Position numbers and translations under genes: made by a program. Under the pieces are notes generated by a model. That model was not told the origin of the DNA and searched no databases. It was given only the letters and a program-made list of their open reading frames with translations. A stretch of 64,000 bases of DNA from Vitrella brassicaformis CCMP3155. Its lineage: Eukaryota > Protista > Chromerida. Positions within the stretch are counted from its first letter, which is position 1. The number at the start of each line of letters is the position of its first letter. The DNA lies in contig CDMY01000280.1 of the NCBI GenBank assembly GCA_001179505.1, positions 1 through 64,000 on the forward strand, read 5' to 3'. Below are positions 24,779-36,841 of the stretch, one piece after another.

Positions 24779-27667
24779 TATCCACACCTGTGTTGTGTTG
24801 TGTTGTGTCGTGTCGTGTCGCGCAGCGTGTCCGTGTGCGTTGGGTTTGGCCACACCCACAGCCGTCATGGTGGCCACGGGCATGGCAGCCAAATGCGGAC
24901 TGCTCGTCAAGGTGAGGCAGGTGCACATGACCCACCACACCAGCTGGCCACACTCCTACCTACCAGCTGAGCTGCACATCCGTGTGGTGGGTGGGCTGGG
25001 CTGGGCTGCTTGCAGGGCTCCCTGCCATTGGAGGTGGGCGCGCGCGTCAAGGCTCTGGTGCTTGATAAGACGGGCACCATCACACAGGGACGGCCGCAGG
25101 TGATTTCCCCCTCCCCCCTCCCTCCTCGCCCCTCGCTCCCACCCACAATACACTCAGACGCACAGACGAGCTTGTGTGTGTTTTTAACAGGTGGTGGGTG
25201 CGGCGATCCTGCCGTCTGCGGTGCGTGCGCTGAGCTCGTCATGGGCCGGGCTGCTGCGCCGGTGTGAGAGGGAGGACAGCACCGGCGGACACAAAGCCAC
25301 ACCCACACCTACACCTACACCGAACACACCCAACCCATTCATCAGAACAGAGGTAAATGACCAGCCAGCCCACCCTCTCCACCCTCCGCCAACACATACA
25401 CACAGACAGATCATTCCTCTCTCTATGTCATCTTGCAGACACCGACAAGCCGTGTCACGTGGCTAGAGCCGCCCTCTTCGCCCACACTCTCCCCCACCCC
25501 CCAGCACCACCACCATCACGCCCACCACAATCAGCACCAGCACAACAGTCATCATCATCGTGACGGGGCCCACAGCATGGCGCACGCGTTTTGGTGGATA
25601 GTGGGGTCGATCGAGTCGTCGAGCGAGCATCCTTTGGGGCGGTGTCTGCACACCTACTGCAAGACCATGACTGACGCGCCGCTCCTCGCCACGCCCAGCG
25701 ACTTTGAGAACCTCCCTGGTATGGAAGAATGGCTGGGGGGTATTGTGTGGCGCGTGTGTAAGGTCTCCATCTGTGTGTCTGTGTGTGTGTGTGTGTGTGT
25801 GAGTGTGTGTGCAGGTAGAGGTTTGGTGTGCGTGTTGGAGGGGCGTCAGGTGGGGGCCGGCAGCTGGGTGCTCTACGAAGACATGAAGTTCGCAAAGTCC
25901 GTCAGCCACCTTCCCACCCACACCACTCACCCCTCGCTATAATCTCTCTCCCCCTGTGTGTCCGCAGGAGCCTGAAAGGGTCTTCAGCTTACACACACCA
26001 GCCCGGCGCCACTCGTGCAGGCCAGGCGGCCTTGAAGGGATGGGTGGACAGCGAGCAGGAGGAGGGCAGCACCGTGATTGTCGTGCACGTCGAGGGCATC
26101 TGTTTGGGTGCGGTGGCCTTGCGCGACAACCTCAAACCCAACGTCAAGCAGCTCATACGCAGTCTCAAGGTACACGGATCGGTGCGGGGTGGTTGTCATA
26201 ACACTCAGAAAGAGACAGACACCAACACATGGATGGATGGATGTGTGTGTGTGTGTGTGCTGTGTGTCGCTCAGCACCATTACGACATCGACGTGTGGAT
26301 GTGCACGGGGGACAACGCCAAGACAGCACGGGTCGGGAACCACACATACGCACCACATAGTCGAGCAACACGCCCCTCTCTCTCTCTGTGTGTGTGTGCA
26401 GGTGGTGGCTGACAAGGCGGGCATCGTGCAGTCCCGTGTGGTGGCCGAGGCCATGCCGAACGACAAAGTCCAGCTCCTGCACAAGCTCAAGAACGAACAC
26501 CAGCACACAGGTAGCCCCCTCCCCAACCCACCACACACACACAGGCCTCTCCGTTGCACATCCAATTGCTCATGCAGGTCGCTATGTCGGGATGGTGGGC
26601 GATGGTGTCAACGACTCCCCCGCTCTGGCACAGGCTGACCTGGGCATAGCCATCGGTGTGGGCGCTCATGTCACCGTCAATGCGGCCGACGTTGTCCTCA
26701 TGGGATCTGAGTGAGCGCAGCGCTGAGGGGGGAGGATTCGCCTCTGGTTGTGCACAGCATTAGCTTGTTCCCTCTCGGTGTCCGTCAGCTTGAGCGACCT
26801 GGCATCGTTTTTCAAGCTCTCCAAACAGACCATCTGGACCATCCGACGGTCAGACACCAAACCAACCAGACCACTCAGCAAACAGCACATGCATGAGTGT
26901 GTTCGTTGACGGGCTGGTTGGCTGGTTGCAGCAACTTTTTCTGGGCGTTTGTGTTCAACGTGTTGGGCGTCCCCACGGCCGCAGGCGTCTTCTACCCGCA
27001 CGTGACCATCCCCCCAGCAGTCGCTGGCACCCTCATGGCCATGAGCTCCGTCCTAGTGGTCGCCTCGTCCCTCATGCTCAGGCACGCACCCACACACACA
27101 GATGACATCGGTGTTGTTGGCATTTGGCCCTTCTCTATGTGTGTGTTGTGTTGTGTTGTGTTGTGTGGCAGGCGGTTCAGCAAGGTGGTGTTGTCGCCCA
27201 CGCCCCTGACGCCGCCCGGCTCGCCACTGGGCCGGGCTTATGACGGCGTGAGTCTGACTGTGCGTCAGGTGCAGCGGCTGGTGGGCCGCATGAAGGACCT
27301 CACGCCCACACCACGAGGGGGACACACCTCCTACCAATTCCTGCGACACACGTGCGGCTGATCCTTCCCCACCAACACACACCACACACAGAGAAAGCAT
27401 CCGTGTGTGTGCAGGTCTGAGGGTCATGAGTCGTCGAGTGTGGTGGAGATGGCGTCGGCCCACTCGACCAGCTCGTCAGCAGCCACGTCTCCAGAGGAGC
27501 TTTCACCAGCAGCTGGTGCTGGCCATGGCCCGAGGGGTGTGCGTGGAGGCGTCAAGAGCGAGGGCGGGACGCCGTCCCCCCACAACAACAAGAGTAACAT
27601 CAAGGTGATAGAGCTCAAGAGCACAAGCGTCGAGGGGGACGAGAACACGCCTGACAGCCTCATTTGA
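20728..27667 (+). CDS. Copper-transporting P1B-1 type ATPase (ATP7/CopA/RAN1-like), many introns
   Basis: Two GMTCASC HMA domains (~21077, ~21696), [21 protein letters not shown] (~24826), DKTGT (~25064), [45 protein letters not shown]; start MKTAPS at 20728 splices in frame to HMA1. Confidence 0.95.
22385..22684. other. Assembly gap (300 N) inside an intron of the Cu-ATPase
   Basis: N run followed by poly-G; flanking exons DDLQ|EDAKSG join in phase 0. Confidence 0.95.
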
Positions 27668-29018
27668 TGGTATGATGGTATGATGGGCGGTGTGGGGAAG
27701 CGAGAGGCATGGGTGGATTGGATGTTCATTTGAGCAGGGGAGGGAGGGAGGGAGGGAGGGGACAGGTGTGCATACGCTCATTTGTTGGCCGGTGACCGAT
27801 CGTTCTTGTATAGGTGGAAAGGAAAGGGAAGGACGGAGAGAGGGAGGAACAGGGAGGGAGGGGGGCTCTTGTAGTACAACTTAGAAGGGGGAAACGGATA
27901 CGGCGGGGCGGCGGCGTTTTTGCCTCCCCATCTAATCTACATCACAGCTCCTCGCTCTTTTTCCGTCGTTGGCTGCATTTACAATGCAAAGGGACCTGCG
28001 TTTCCCTCCCCTTTTCTGCCTTGCTGCTGCCCCGAAGTTTATTGATCTAGCGGACGCATCAACGTTCTGTGTGGCCGTCACTGCGGGTGGGGCATTTAAA
28101 TCGAAACATCGATGCTCTGGTCGACCTGGGGTTTTCCGGCTGAGACATGTGGCGTGATGGTGCCAGCTGACAGCCCTTAACGGCCGTCTGCAGGCGCCAA
28201 CACGCGGCTTGCTCCAGTCGGTGAAAACCAGGTTGTCTTGTGTGTATGCGTGTGTGTACATGATGTGGATGATGTATAGAGCGGACCCTACTTGCTGCAC
28301 GACAATGAAGGAGGTATTGTAATTGGAAGGAAAGACATCGCGTCTCATGCACACAACACACCCATGGAACGGACATGGTATCCTGCATTATCATGCATTA
28401 ACTGCATCCTCTCCTCACTCGCGTCGCTCGCACAAATAACATGACTCAATTGGTGCACGCGGGACAACAAAGCAAGTCGCCCCTGCCCCCTCCCTCCCCC
28501 TCCCCCATCCCTCCCTCCCCCGCTCCCCGCCCACTAAGCTAAGCGACTGTGTGTGTGGGTCGTGCTTCGTCACCCGTTTTTCGCGAACAAAGCACGACCC
28601 ACAGGCACAAGCCAGCTAGCTGCACATGGTGCATGGTCACACTCCCACTAACTCGCACATTGCTCACATGGATCGGGCAACAGAACAGTGAGTGGAGGCA
28701 GAGAAGTATCAGTCAGTCAGACAGACAGACGGACAGACGGAGAGAGGCGCGACGGACGCTGCGTTGGTTCCTTAGAAAAAATTTGGTATGGAGACGCAAC
28801 GGTGTGCGCAGAGACACCAGTGGATGTGTCTGTGTGTGTATTGTGGGAAGAAAAACGCAGCGACCAGCCACACTCTTGGCGGCTCTTCAGTCAGCCAAAG
28901 ACACGGACAGACAGACAGACAGACAGACAGACAGGAGGCCCTTTAGTCAGCCCATCGCCCACTATGGAGGGCCCCATGTGCATTCATTCCCTCCCCTGTC
29001 TGCCGCTCACGCGCCCGT

Positions 29019-31440
29019 TTATAACTCAACGTCACCCAGGTCGCCGCCCGACACTGCCCTGAGGGCCTCGTCGATATCCTCCAGGACCTCTGCCATGTCA
29101 TCGCCCGCGTCATCGCCCGCGTCATCATCCATCGTGTCGTCATCTGTCGTATCGTCGTCTGTCGTATCGTCGTCTGTCGTATCGTCGTCTGTCGTATCGT
29201 CGTCTGTGTCGTCATCGGTGTCCACACCAGAGGGAGGTAGGAGCACTGCATCAATGACGTGGACGACGCCGTTACTGGCCATGACCTGACAACACCAAGG
29301 GAGGGAGGGAGAACCCACACAAATGACTGACTGTTTCAGGCCCGCCTGTCTCTCTCTGAGGTGTGTGGTGTGGCGTATTGATTGCTCACGTCTTCGAGCA
29401 CAACCGTTGCCTGGTTCACCATGATTGTCCGGCGAGGATGTTTAGACTTCCCCTCGTCGTCACGGACCGTCACCTGCACATCCTCGCCCTGGACGGTCTC
29501 CACATCTTGCCCGTCTTCGAGATCCGACGCTTTAACCGCGCCACTCACGACATGGTACGTGAGGATCTCCGTCAGCGTATCCTTGTTTTCGGGCTTGAGG
29601 AGGTCCTCTAAAACCCCCTCCGGCAGAGCGTCAAAGGCCTAGAGACAGGAGACGCAACACACATGGCTAGCTGCAGTGATAAACGGTGCAGTCAGGACAG
29701 AGAGGACAGTGCATCTCACGTCATTGGTGGGTGCGAAGACGGTGAATGGGCCCTCGCCCTGAAGGGTCTCCACGAGGCCAGCTGCCTCAAGGGCGGCGAC
29801 CAGAGTGCTCAGCTCAGGCGTGTCCTGGGCAACCTCGACAATGGTGCCAGCTTCTGAAGCAGCGTGTCCACAGGCAGACAGACAAGAGAGATAGACAAGA
29901 GAGATAGACTAGAGAGACAAGAACAAGTCCACGCCCTGACTAGCCCCAGCTAGAAGGAAGGCCTTGCGGCCAAGGCCTCTCCTCTCTCTACATGGCCCGC
30001 AGAGAGCGGCGCGACCCGCCATCCTCACCATCATCCCCTTTGTCTCTGCTGGCGGTGGTCTTGTACTGCTGCTCGAGGGCGTAGATCATGAGCAGCGGCC
30101 AGTCGTCGACCTTGTCGCCCAGGCTCAGGTAGAACGTAGCCAGGAAGGTGCCAGGCTTGTACTGCGCATAAGAAGACAGTCGCGCACGGAGACAGAGTGA
30201 GTGAGAGGGGGTGGAGGTACCTCTGAACCAACCTTCACCTGTGGGACCTACCTGTGGGATCTCGCGCATCTCGTCCATGATCAGATTGAAAGGGAAAGGC
30301 GTTATCATTGACACGATCTTCATGTTCTTAGTCGGACCTGTGGACGGACGGACGACAGATGGCGATGTGCTGTGTTGTGCTGTACTGTTTTGTTGCGACA
30401 TAAGCCGACCGACTGACAAACTGACTCACCAGGGCACATTTCGGGTTTGATGTTGTAAGACGCGATGATGCTTTCCTTGTTGTCGACGCGCGCTTTCTCG
30501 TTAGGGAACTGGCCCTTCCACACGTAGCCGGGGATGCCGGGGATCTGCGGCAGCAGCCACTTGGCAAAGGGCTGCAGGAAGAAGTGCTGGGGATCCCTGC
30601 GCACACACACACACAGACGAGGCCACCCACTCTTGCCCGTACGCCTGTGTTTCGTTCCTTTGTGTGTGTGCGTGCGTCTGCTCACCACATGTTCTGATAC
30701 CTGCAGACACAGACACATGACATGAGTCAGTCGTGATTGATGTGACTCTGCGTGTCGTGTCCCTCTCCTCCCCCCTCACCAGACGAATTTCTCTCCCTTG
30801 CACACGGTCTCCATGAAAAGTTTACCCGCCCAGACGCCCTCCTCAATGAATTGAAGGAAGCGCTCAATGCTCCCCAGCCCCAGCTTCACCAGCGACTCGA
30901 TGCTCAGGGGATGCTCAGAGAAGAAAATGTGGTCCAGGAAGTCCCCCCCCTCACTCTCTCCCAGCAGCGCCTGCTGAATGGCCTTTTGCCCTTCAGGCAC
31001 CATGTCCAGGAGCTCCTTCGACACTGTCATGTTGGCAAACCTCTCACGGATGGCCGACACCAAGGGCCCGTCCTCGCCCTCCTCCTTCATCCTTCTCTCG
31101 AGGCGCGCCATCTGGCCCTCGCCCTCCTTGCGCTCGTAGTAGGCCTCGATGTCTGGCAGGTTCTTGATGACCCTTCCGCGCACCATGCCCTGCGGGAAGT
31201 GGGTGGCCGAGCCGCCTTTGAACAGCTCGTACAGCTCTTCCACCGAAAACTATGGAGGGACCACCACACATACACACATACACACACGTCGTCATATCGA
31301 CGGTGGTGTCTTCCGTGAGCACGTACCTTGTCGAGTTCGTCGGGTTCGATGCCGTCCTCTGACTGTGCTCGTGGTTCCTCCGGAGCCGCCAGGCAGGGGG
31401 CGAGCAGCAGGAGGGACGCCAGAATCGCTGTCGCCTTCAT
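29019..31440 (-). CDS. Secreted protein: unnamed N-terminal domain (paralogous to 31575-32439) + fasciclin (FAS1) domain + acidic repeat tail
   Basis: Signal peptide [18 protein letters not shown]. Exons join in frame through a 15-nt microexon (30686-30700) and a phase-1 intron (GAT GAT G|gtgag...cttcag|AA GCT) into [41 protein letters not shown]...LTYHVV...[14 protein letters not shown] (FAS1 H1/H2 motifs). Confidence 0.8.
29143..29202. repeat. Coding 15-bp tandem repeat x4 (tctgtcgtatcgtcg), encoding (DDDTT)n on the minus strand
   Basis: Directly visible perfect unit repeated four times with degenerate flanking copies. Confidence 0.9.
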
Positions 31441-31574
31441 CTTGGTTGCTTGCACCGATAAAACTACAGACGGACCGTGGTCGTCGATAGAATCGCTCCC
31501 GTACGCCGCAACGCTGTGTAAACTCGGTAAATTCTCGGTGACCGCAACGCAACGGCGAAAACGAAGAAGCAAAG

Positions 31575-32439
31575 ATGGCGCGCGGACATTTCTCACTCCC
31601 CCTCTGGCCTCTGCTTCTGCTGGCCCTCTCCCCTGTCGCCCATGTCAGCGGCGGGTGCCTCAACCGAGACGACCTGCCGGTGCTCGAGATGTCTGACCTC
31701 AAGAAGCTGTCCATTAAGCAGCTGGACGAAATCTTCACCAAGGGGTGCATCGAGGAAGAGCCTTTGTTGGGCCCGCACTGGGGAGGGATTCTTAATTCGA
31801 TCCTGCACGAGCCGGCCGAGGACATCTATAGGGGGCTGTTTGGCCTCGTCTTCGAAGGTGCATTGTTCCAGAAAACTAGCTGCAAGGGCGAAGACTTGTG
31901 GTTCTACTTCCCGCTGCTCAACCCATTCGATGGCGGAAAGGTGAGCGGAGAGAAGGGCAATGCATGGCGACCGACATGCTGTGCTCTGTGTGTGTGTGTG
32001 TGCAGCTGTTCAAGAGCCAGGTGACTCTGTTCACCGCCCGCGTGACGACTGGGCAGTTCCCCCACGAGAAGCACCGGTACGTCATCCGCCCCACCCCCCT
32101 ACCTACACTACATATACTATCCATCCTCACCTCTGTTGTGTGGCTGGTGTCGTATGTGTATTATGGTGGTGGCCCCCCTAAAGCCTGGATGACAAGCCTT
32201 CGTATGTCTACGACTTCAGCATCTCCAAGGAGGACTGCCCCGACCTCGCCTCGCCGTGGGGCAGACTGAAGTATCCCCTCGACAACCCCCCCATCCTCAA
32301 GGACATCATCGACGAGGCGAGGATTGTGGGTGTGGACGAGAAGGGGCGGGCGATCATCCTCAATCGCGCCTTCCTGAAGATTTGGGAGGACGTGGTTATC
32401 TTCCTGCAGTACGAAGTCTTTGTGTCCAATCCACAATGA
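31575..32439 (+). CDS. Secreted protein consisting of the same unnamed domain as 29019-31440, 3 exons
   Basis: Signal peptide MARGHFSLPLWPLLLLALSPVAHVSG; exons 31575-31940, 32006-32076, 32184-32439 join in frame; shares CKGE, GQFPxEKxRxDxKxS and IxDExR with the divergent neighbour. Confidence 0.85.
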
Positions 32440-33174
32440 CGCAAAGTGACCACTGGAGACTGCCAGGCACCAGACGAGGTGAGCACTGCTCGCCACAAAG
32501 GGATGAGAGTCCCTGCACGCGTCTGGATTGCGGCACTGTGTGGGTTGTGGTCTCTGTCTGTCAGGGGAGCGCCCGTCGGCCATTGTCCGTCCCCCGCTAG
32601 GACATCAATCTCCTGATGCGACCACATACGTGACATACTGACGGACGGAAATGCCCACAGGGGGGGTTAAGTTGGTAGTGTTAGTTTCAATGTGCAATGT
32701 GCATGGATTGGATTGGATTCTGTGGTGTTCTGATAGCGTAGCATGCGGTTCGGTTCCATTCACCCACACACACACACACACATACATTCACAGCCACAGG
32801 GATACACACACAACCATGTAGCTGTCGGTTGTGGTGTTCAGCCGAGGCGAAATGAGCCTCCCCGGCAGGCAGGCAGGCAGGCAGATGCCTCGTGCACACG
32901 GGTTGCCGGCTGGACACACAACTGACACACCGCCATCGATGAACGATCTAGATAGATGAATTTTTCGTGCCCACTTGCTTGCGGAGAGTGCATACGGGAC
33001 GCCGAGGCTGCGGTGTGCTCTTGCCTTTTTCGCGTGTATCTTAGGGGAGGGGGAGGGGGGGCGGTGGTTGGTGCATTGCATGTGTGCACGCGCTCGACCG
33101 ACTGAGTGAGCGGTGGGGTGGCGTGGGATTGGGGGGGACGATTGACATGACATGCACGTGCAGTGGGTGAGTAA

Positions 33175-34055
33175 TTAAGTGACTGACGGGACAGTCAGGG
33201 GAGGAAAGTCAGTCAGTGTCATGCACACCACAAAAACGGGCACTGTGGTCTGTCGATGGATACACGCAGCAGTAGTAGCCACACCACCTCCACACATCAC
33301 CACACCACACACCCTCACCTGAGTGGCATTTGCTGACATTGCCGCGCCCGCCTCCGATGACCTCGGCAGACCGCTGTCACTGCAGTCAGCCGCAAACATC
33401 AAAGTCAGCCGCGCCAAATCAGCAAACGCTCACCAAGACCTTTCCATCCACACACTTCCCAGCACCCCCACCCTCCCTCACCCCACAGCGCAACACGCAA
33501 TTTCAGTCAAGTCGGTCAGTCAGTGGACGATTTCATTGCAATGCACTGCAGCCGTCCGTCGGTCATCTACACCGTTTCAGCTGCGCCGACGGGATCTGTA
33601 CCAGCTTCCCGTCCGCCGTCTCCTCCCAAAACTCATGCGCCTCGTCACCTGACACACACACACCACACACACACAGCACGCACAACAAACAAGCAAACAA
33701 CGCTGTGTGTCCACCAGATCTCCCCTTTCAAGTCCATTCACCCACCATCTCGGTCCTTGAAGACAGGCAACACCGAGTTGTCATTCGTCAGCTTCGTGGC
33801 ACGCGCGCCACGCCCCGACCCGCCGCCGCCGGAGGAGGACCATCGGGAGCTGTCCTTGGAGCCCCGCCTCCCATCGTCCATCGGCCCCTCCGCCTCCCCG
33901 TTTGGCTGCACCTCCACCTCCTGGATGACCGGGTCATGCGGCTTCAGCACGCCGTTGCGGTTAACCGCCGCATCCACCTGCCGTGACGCCTTCTTGGCTG
34001 TGCTGTGCTCTCTGGCGTCATCGGCCGTGCGCTTCTTGCAGGCCTTGGCGCCCAT
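33175..34055 (-). CDS. Multi-exon hypothetical protein, 3' end uncertain
   Basis: MGAKACKKRTADDAREH... exon ending at G|gtggg, followed by exon GDEAHEFWEETADGKLVQIPSAQLK; no recognisable domain. Confidence 0.4.
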
Positions 34056-34443
34056 CATAAAGGGACGGACGGATGGCCGCACGGGATGGGATGAAGGGCT
34101 TCACAGAGAGCTGACGACGCGCATCGGGCAGCGAAGCCAAGGGCAGCAGGCAGGCTGGCAGATGGCTGAAAGCGGACAGAAGTTGCGGCAAGGGAGATGA
34201 TGAACCACGAGCGTGCTGAAGGTGTTTCCTCGCGTTTCCTCTGCTTTTCTTCTGCGGTTGAAGTCCAGCTCCTCCTCTTCACACGTCACCGCGCCCGGAG
34301 TCGCAAAAGCCTCTTTGCGAGCTTGGAACGGATCGGGAAAGGCGAGGAAAGCGAGATCTGGCGCCTTTCGTGCAGACCTCTGCTGCCTGCGTTGAGATCT
34401 GACGAAAGCCTCGTGAACAACGCTGAGATCTCGTAGTCTGAGA

Positions 34444-34887
34444 ATGAAGCTGCTGCTGGAGAGCCTCGGCGTCCTCATCGGGTGCCTCACCGTGCCCCTC
34501 GAGGCCTCACCTTCCCCATCCCTCCCCTCCCTCCCCGCATTCGCCCTCTCCCCCTCTTCCCGCCACTTTGACGCGCCAGCACGGCCACTGCGGACTCTGC
34601 AGCAGCCTCGCGCCCGATGGAGCATGAAGTTCGAGAAGGCATCGGAGCTGCGGAAGATGTCGACTCCCGAGCTGGAGCAGGCACTCGTGACGGCGCAGAA
34701 GGAGGCGGCGATGGTGCGGTTCAAGCAGACGGGCCGCAACAAGGAGTGGAAGCCGCACCAGCTCAAGCACGTCAAGAGGAAGATTGCGCAGCTCTACACC
34801 ATCCTCTATGAGAGGCACATGGACACGCCCAGGGATGATCCGGGCAGGCTGATCGGTGCGGCCGCTGAGAAGGAAGCTGCGCAGTGA
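34444..34887 (+). CDS. rpl29: Nuclear-encoded plastid 50S ribosomal protein L29 (uL29c) with bipartite targeting leader
   Basis: KASELRKMSTPELEQALVTAQKEAAMVRFKQTGRNKEWKPHQLKHVKRKIAQLYTILYER is a typical uL29; preceded by a hydrophobic signal and a Ser/Pro/Arg transit-like region; single exon. Confidence 0.9.
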   Translation: MKLLLESLGVLIGCLTVPLEASPSPSLPSLPAFALSPSSRHFDAPARPLRTLQQPRARWSMKFEKASELRKMSTPELEQALVTAQKEAAMVRFKQTGRNKEWKPHQLKHVKRKIAQLYTILYERHMDTPRDDPGRLIGAAAEKEAAQ

Positions 34888-35431
34888 TGACCTGGCGGCG
34901 ATGGGGGAATGTGTGCTGGCTGTCCTCGTGAATGCAATGCATCGAGGGTTGGGCTTTCTGAGCACTCGTGTGCTGGCCGATGATGTGTAAGGGCTGTTTT
35001 TGAGTGGCTGTTGCTGGGATGGAGAACTTCTCATTCATTCATTGACCAATGAACGATCAATGGACACTTTCAACCGAGTCACCCAACTCCCACGACACTG
35101 CACGAGGCCCGTCATAGGTCAGCGTGAAGGCATGAAGCACATGCCACTCACTGTTCCATCTACAGCAGCGTTAGGGAAGCACCATTCACACAGACAAAGA
35201 GGCCACATGACTGACTGGTAGGGAGGCCAAATCTGAGGACTTCTATCTTTCCCACCCTGAACCCCTGACCGACCTAACTGACATACCCACACCCCGCTCT
35301 CTGCATGGCTGGCAGACATGCCTTAGCTATAGCTTGAGGTCATCGATGACCTTGAAGCGCACTTGATGAGCACACAGAGCCTCATGCACAGTCAATGACA
35401 CACACAGCCTACTCTACAAGCCAGAGAGTCA

Positions 35432-36101
35432 TCACCAAAACCGCCCAACGAACATCACGCCACACACGGCTGCGACCAGAAGAGGGCTTCGATGTGCCAT
35501 GAGGGCACTGCCGGTGTCGGGGGCCGCGAAGAACGATCTAGCCTCAGTACCGGGGAGTTTGCCGCGATAGTCCCACCATGTCCAGCCTAACAGCCACAAA
35601 TCATCACCAAACGCACCTGCACACACACACGAAGCAGGGAGTGTGTCGGCCAAGGCCTTGCTGTATCCAAGACTAATGAAACAGACCAGTGAAGTTGACG
35701 TTCTGGAAGAAGGGGTCGTTGGCGAGTGTTGTGTCCACATTGCCCCACGCAGGGCTGCCTGGTAGAGGCCGCGGGTCCAGCTTCTCCGCGTCCGCCCGGC
35801 CGTGAGGTGTGTCGGTCATGGGCTTGAATACGGGCGGCTGGTAAAGGAGATATCGTGTTCCACAGAGGTGGCTGGATCGATCCTCGAGCCACACAAGGGC
35901 GAGACAAGACGCCCGCCACCCAAGGGCGAGAGCCACCGGGGCGGGCGAGATTAGCGACCCTTGCTCGTTGGACGCGGCTATGGCGCAGCGGGTGAGGGCG
36001 CAGCAGTCGGCACCAGCAGCGAAGATTACAACAATATTGCATCTCGGGTGATAGCCAAGGGTAGGAAGATAAGCTGACAACGCTGCCGCCGGCGCGCTCA
36101 A
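35432..36101 (-). CDS. Possible hypothetical protein, exon structure unresolved
   Basis: Coding-like ORFs 35673-36101 and 35432-35740 separated by a microsatellite-bearing intron-like segment; phases not cleanly reconciled. Confidence 0.3.
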
Positions 36102-36489
36102 GTCGTTATGCGTCGACGGGAAGGCTGCACAGGAGAGCTACACACAGCCATCCAGAGACACAACAAGTGGCACACACAGCCATGCAGAGACACAACACTG
36201 GCACTTCGTTTTGGCAGTCTCTCGCATTATTTGTGTGATCAGGCCTCACTCAGGCGATGTAGGGCGCCGTATCTTGTGCGGCAATGGACAGAGAAGCGGC
36301 TGTGGGGGAGTGAGCAACAATACGCCATCAGTTGAGTCGATGATGACACACTCACGCCGCGTCGCGGCTAAAACCACCATAACTAGTACACACAAAGCCA
36401 GACACACAGGGGGGAGACACATGAGCATCTGACTCGCTCGGTGTGTCACTCTCTCACCTTGCTTGTCTGTCCACATCTGCATTCCTTGC

Positions 36490-36787
36490 TCACGCAATGG
36501 GCCTGAACTCGTAGACGATGGGCAGATCCCTTATGCCGTCGTAAAACGCCAAGGAAACGTAGCAAGAGGCGACTCCCACGAACCAAAGGCCATCCAGATG
36601 TACCCCACAGCCCACACAAAGCTGGGCACCACGAACGGAATCGCAAACAGGCCCATATTATTGGGCGTCAGGGCAAGGGCAGCTCAACTTGGCTGATGAT
36701 ATGGAGGTAACGGTAGACGTACTCGGCTGATACGACGGCAAAGTAGAAGAAGACGCAGACGCCGACGGAAAGCGAAAACAGACCCAT
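36490..36787 (-). pseudogene. Small hydrophobic membrane-protein gene, apparently frameshifted; inverted paralogue of 36842-37181
   Basis: MGLFSLSVGVCVFFYFAVVSAEY..., then IPFVVPSFVWAVGYIW, then RDLPIVYEFRPIA-stop in a different frame. Confidence 0.4.
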
Positions 36788-36841
36788 CTTGGGGGAGACT
36801 GGGGGCCGGAGGGGGCTTGCAAGCTCGCTGTCGCATGCGCA

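Noticed and set aside
29100-29230. Regular short repeats as a CRISPR-like array
   Set aside because: They are contiguous 15-bp coding repeats with no unique spacers, in a eukaryotic gene
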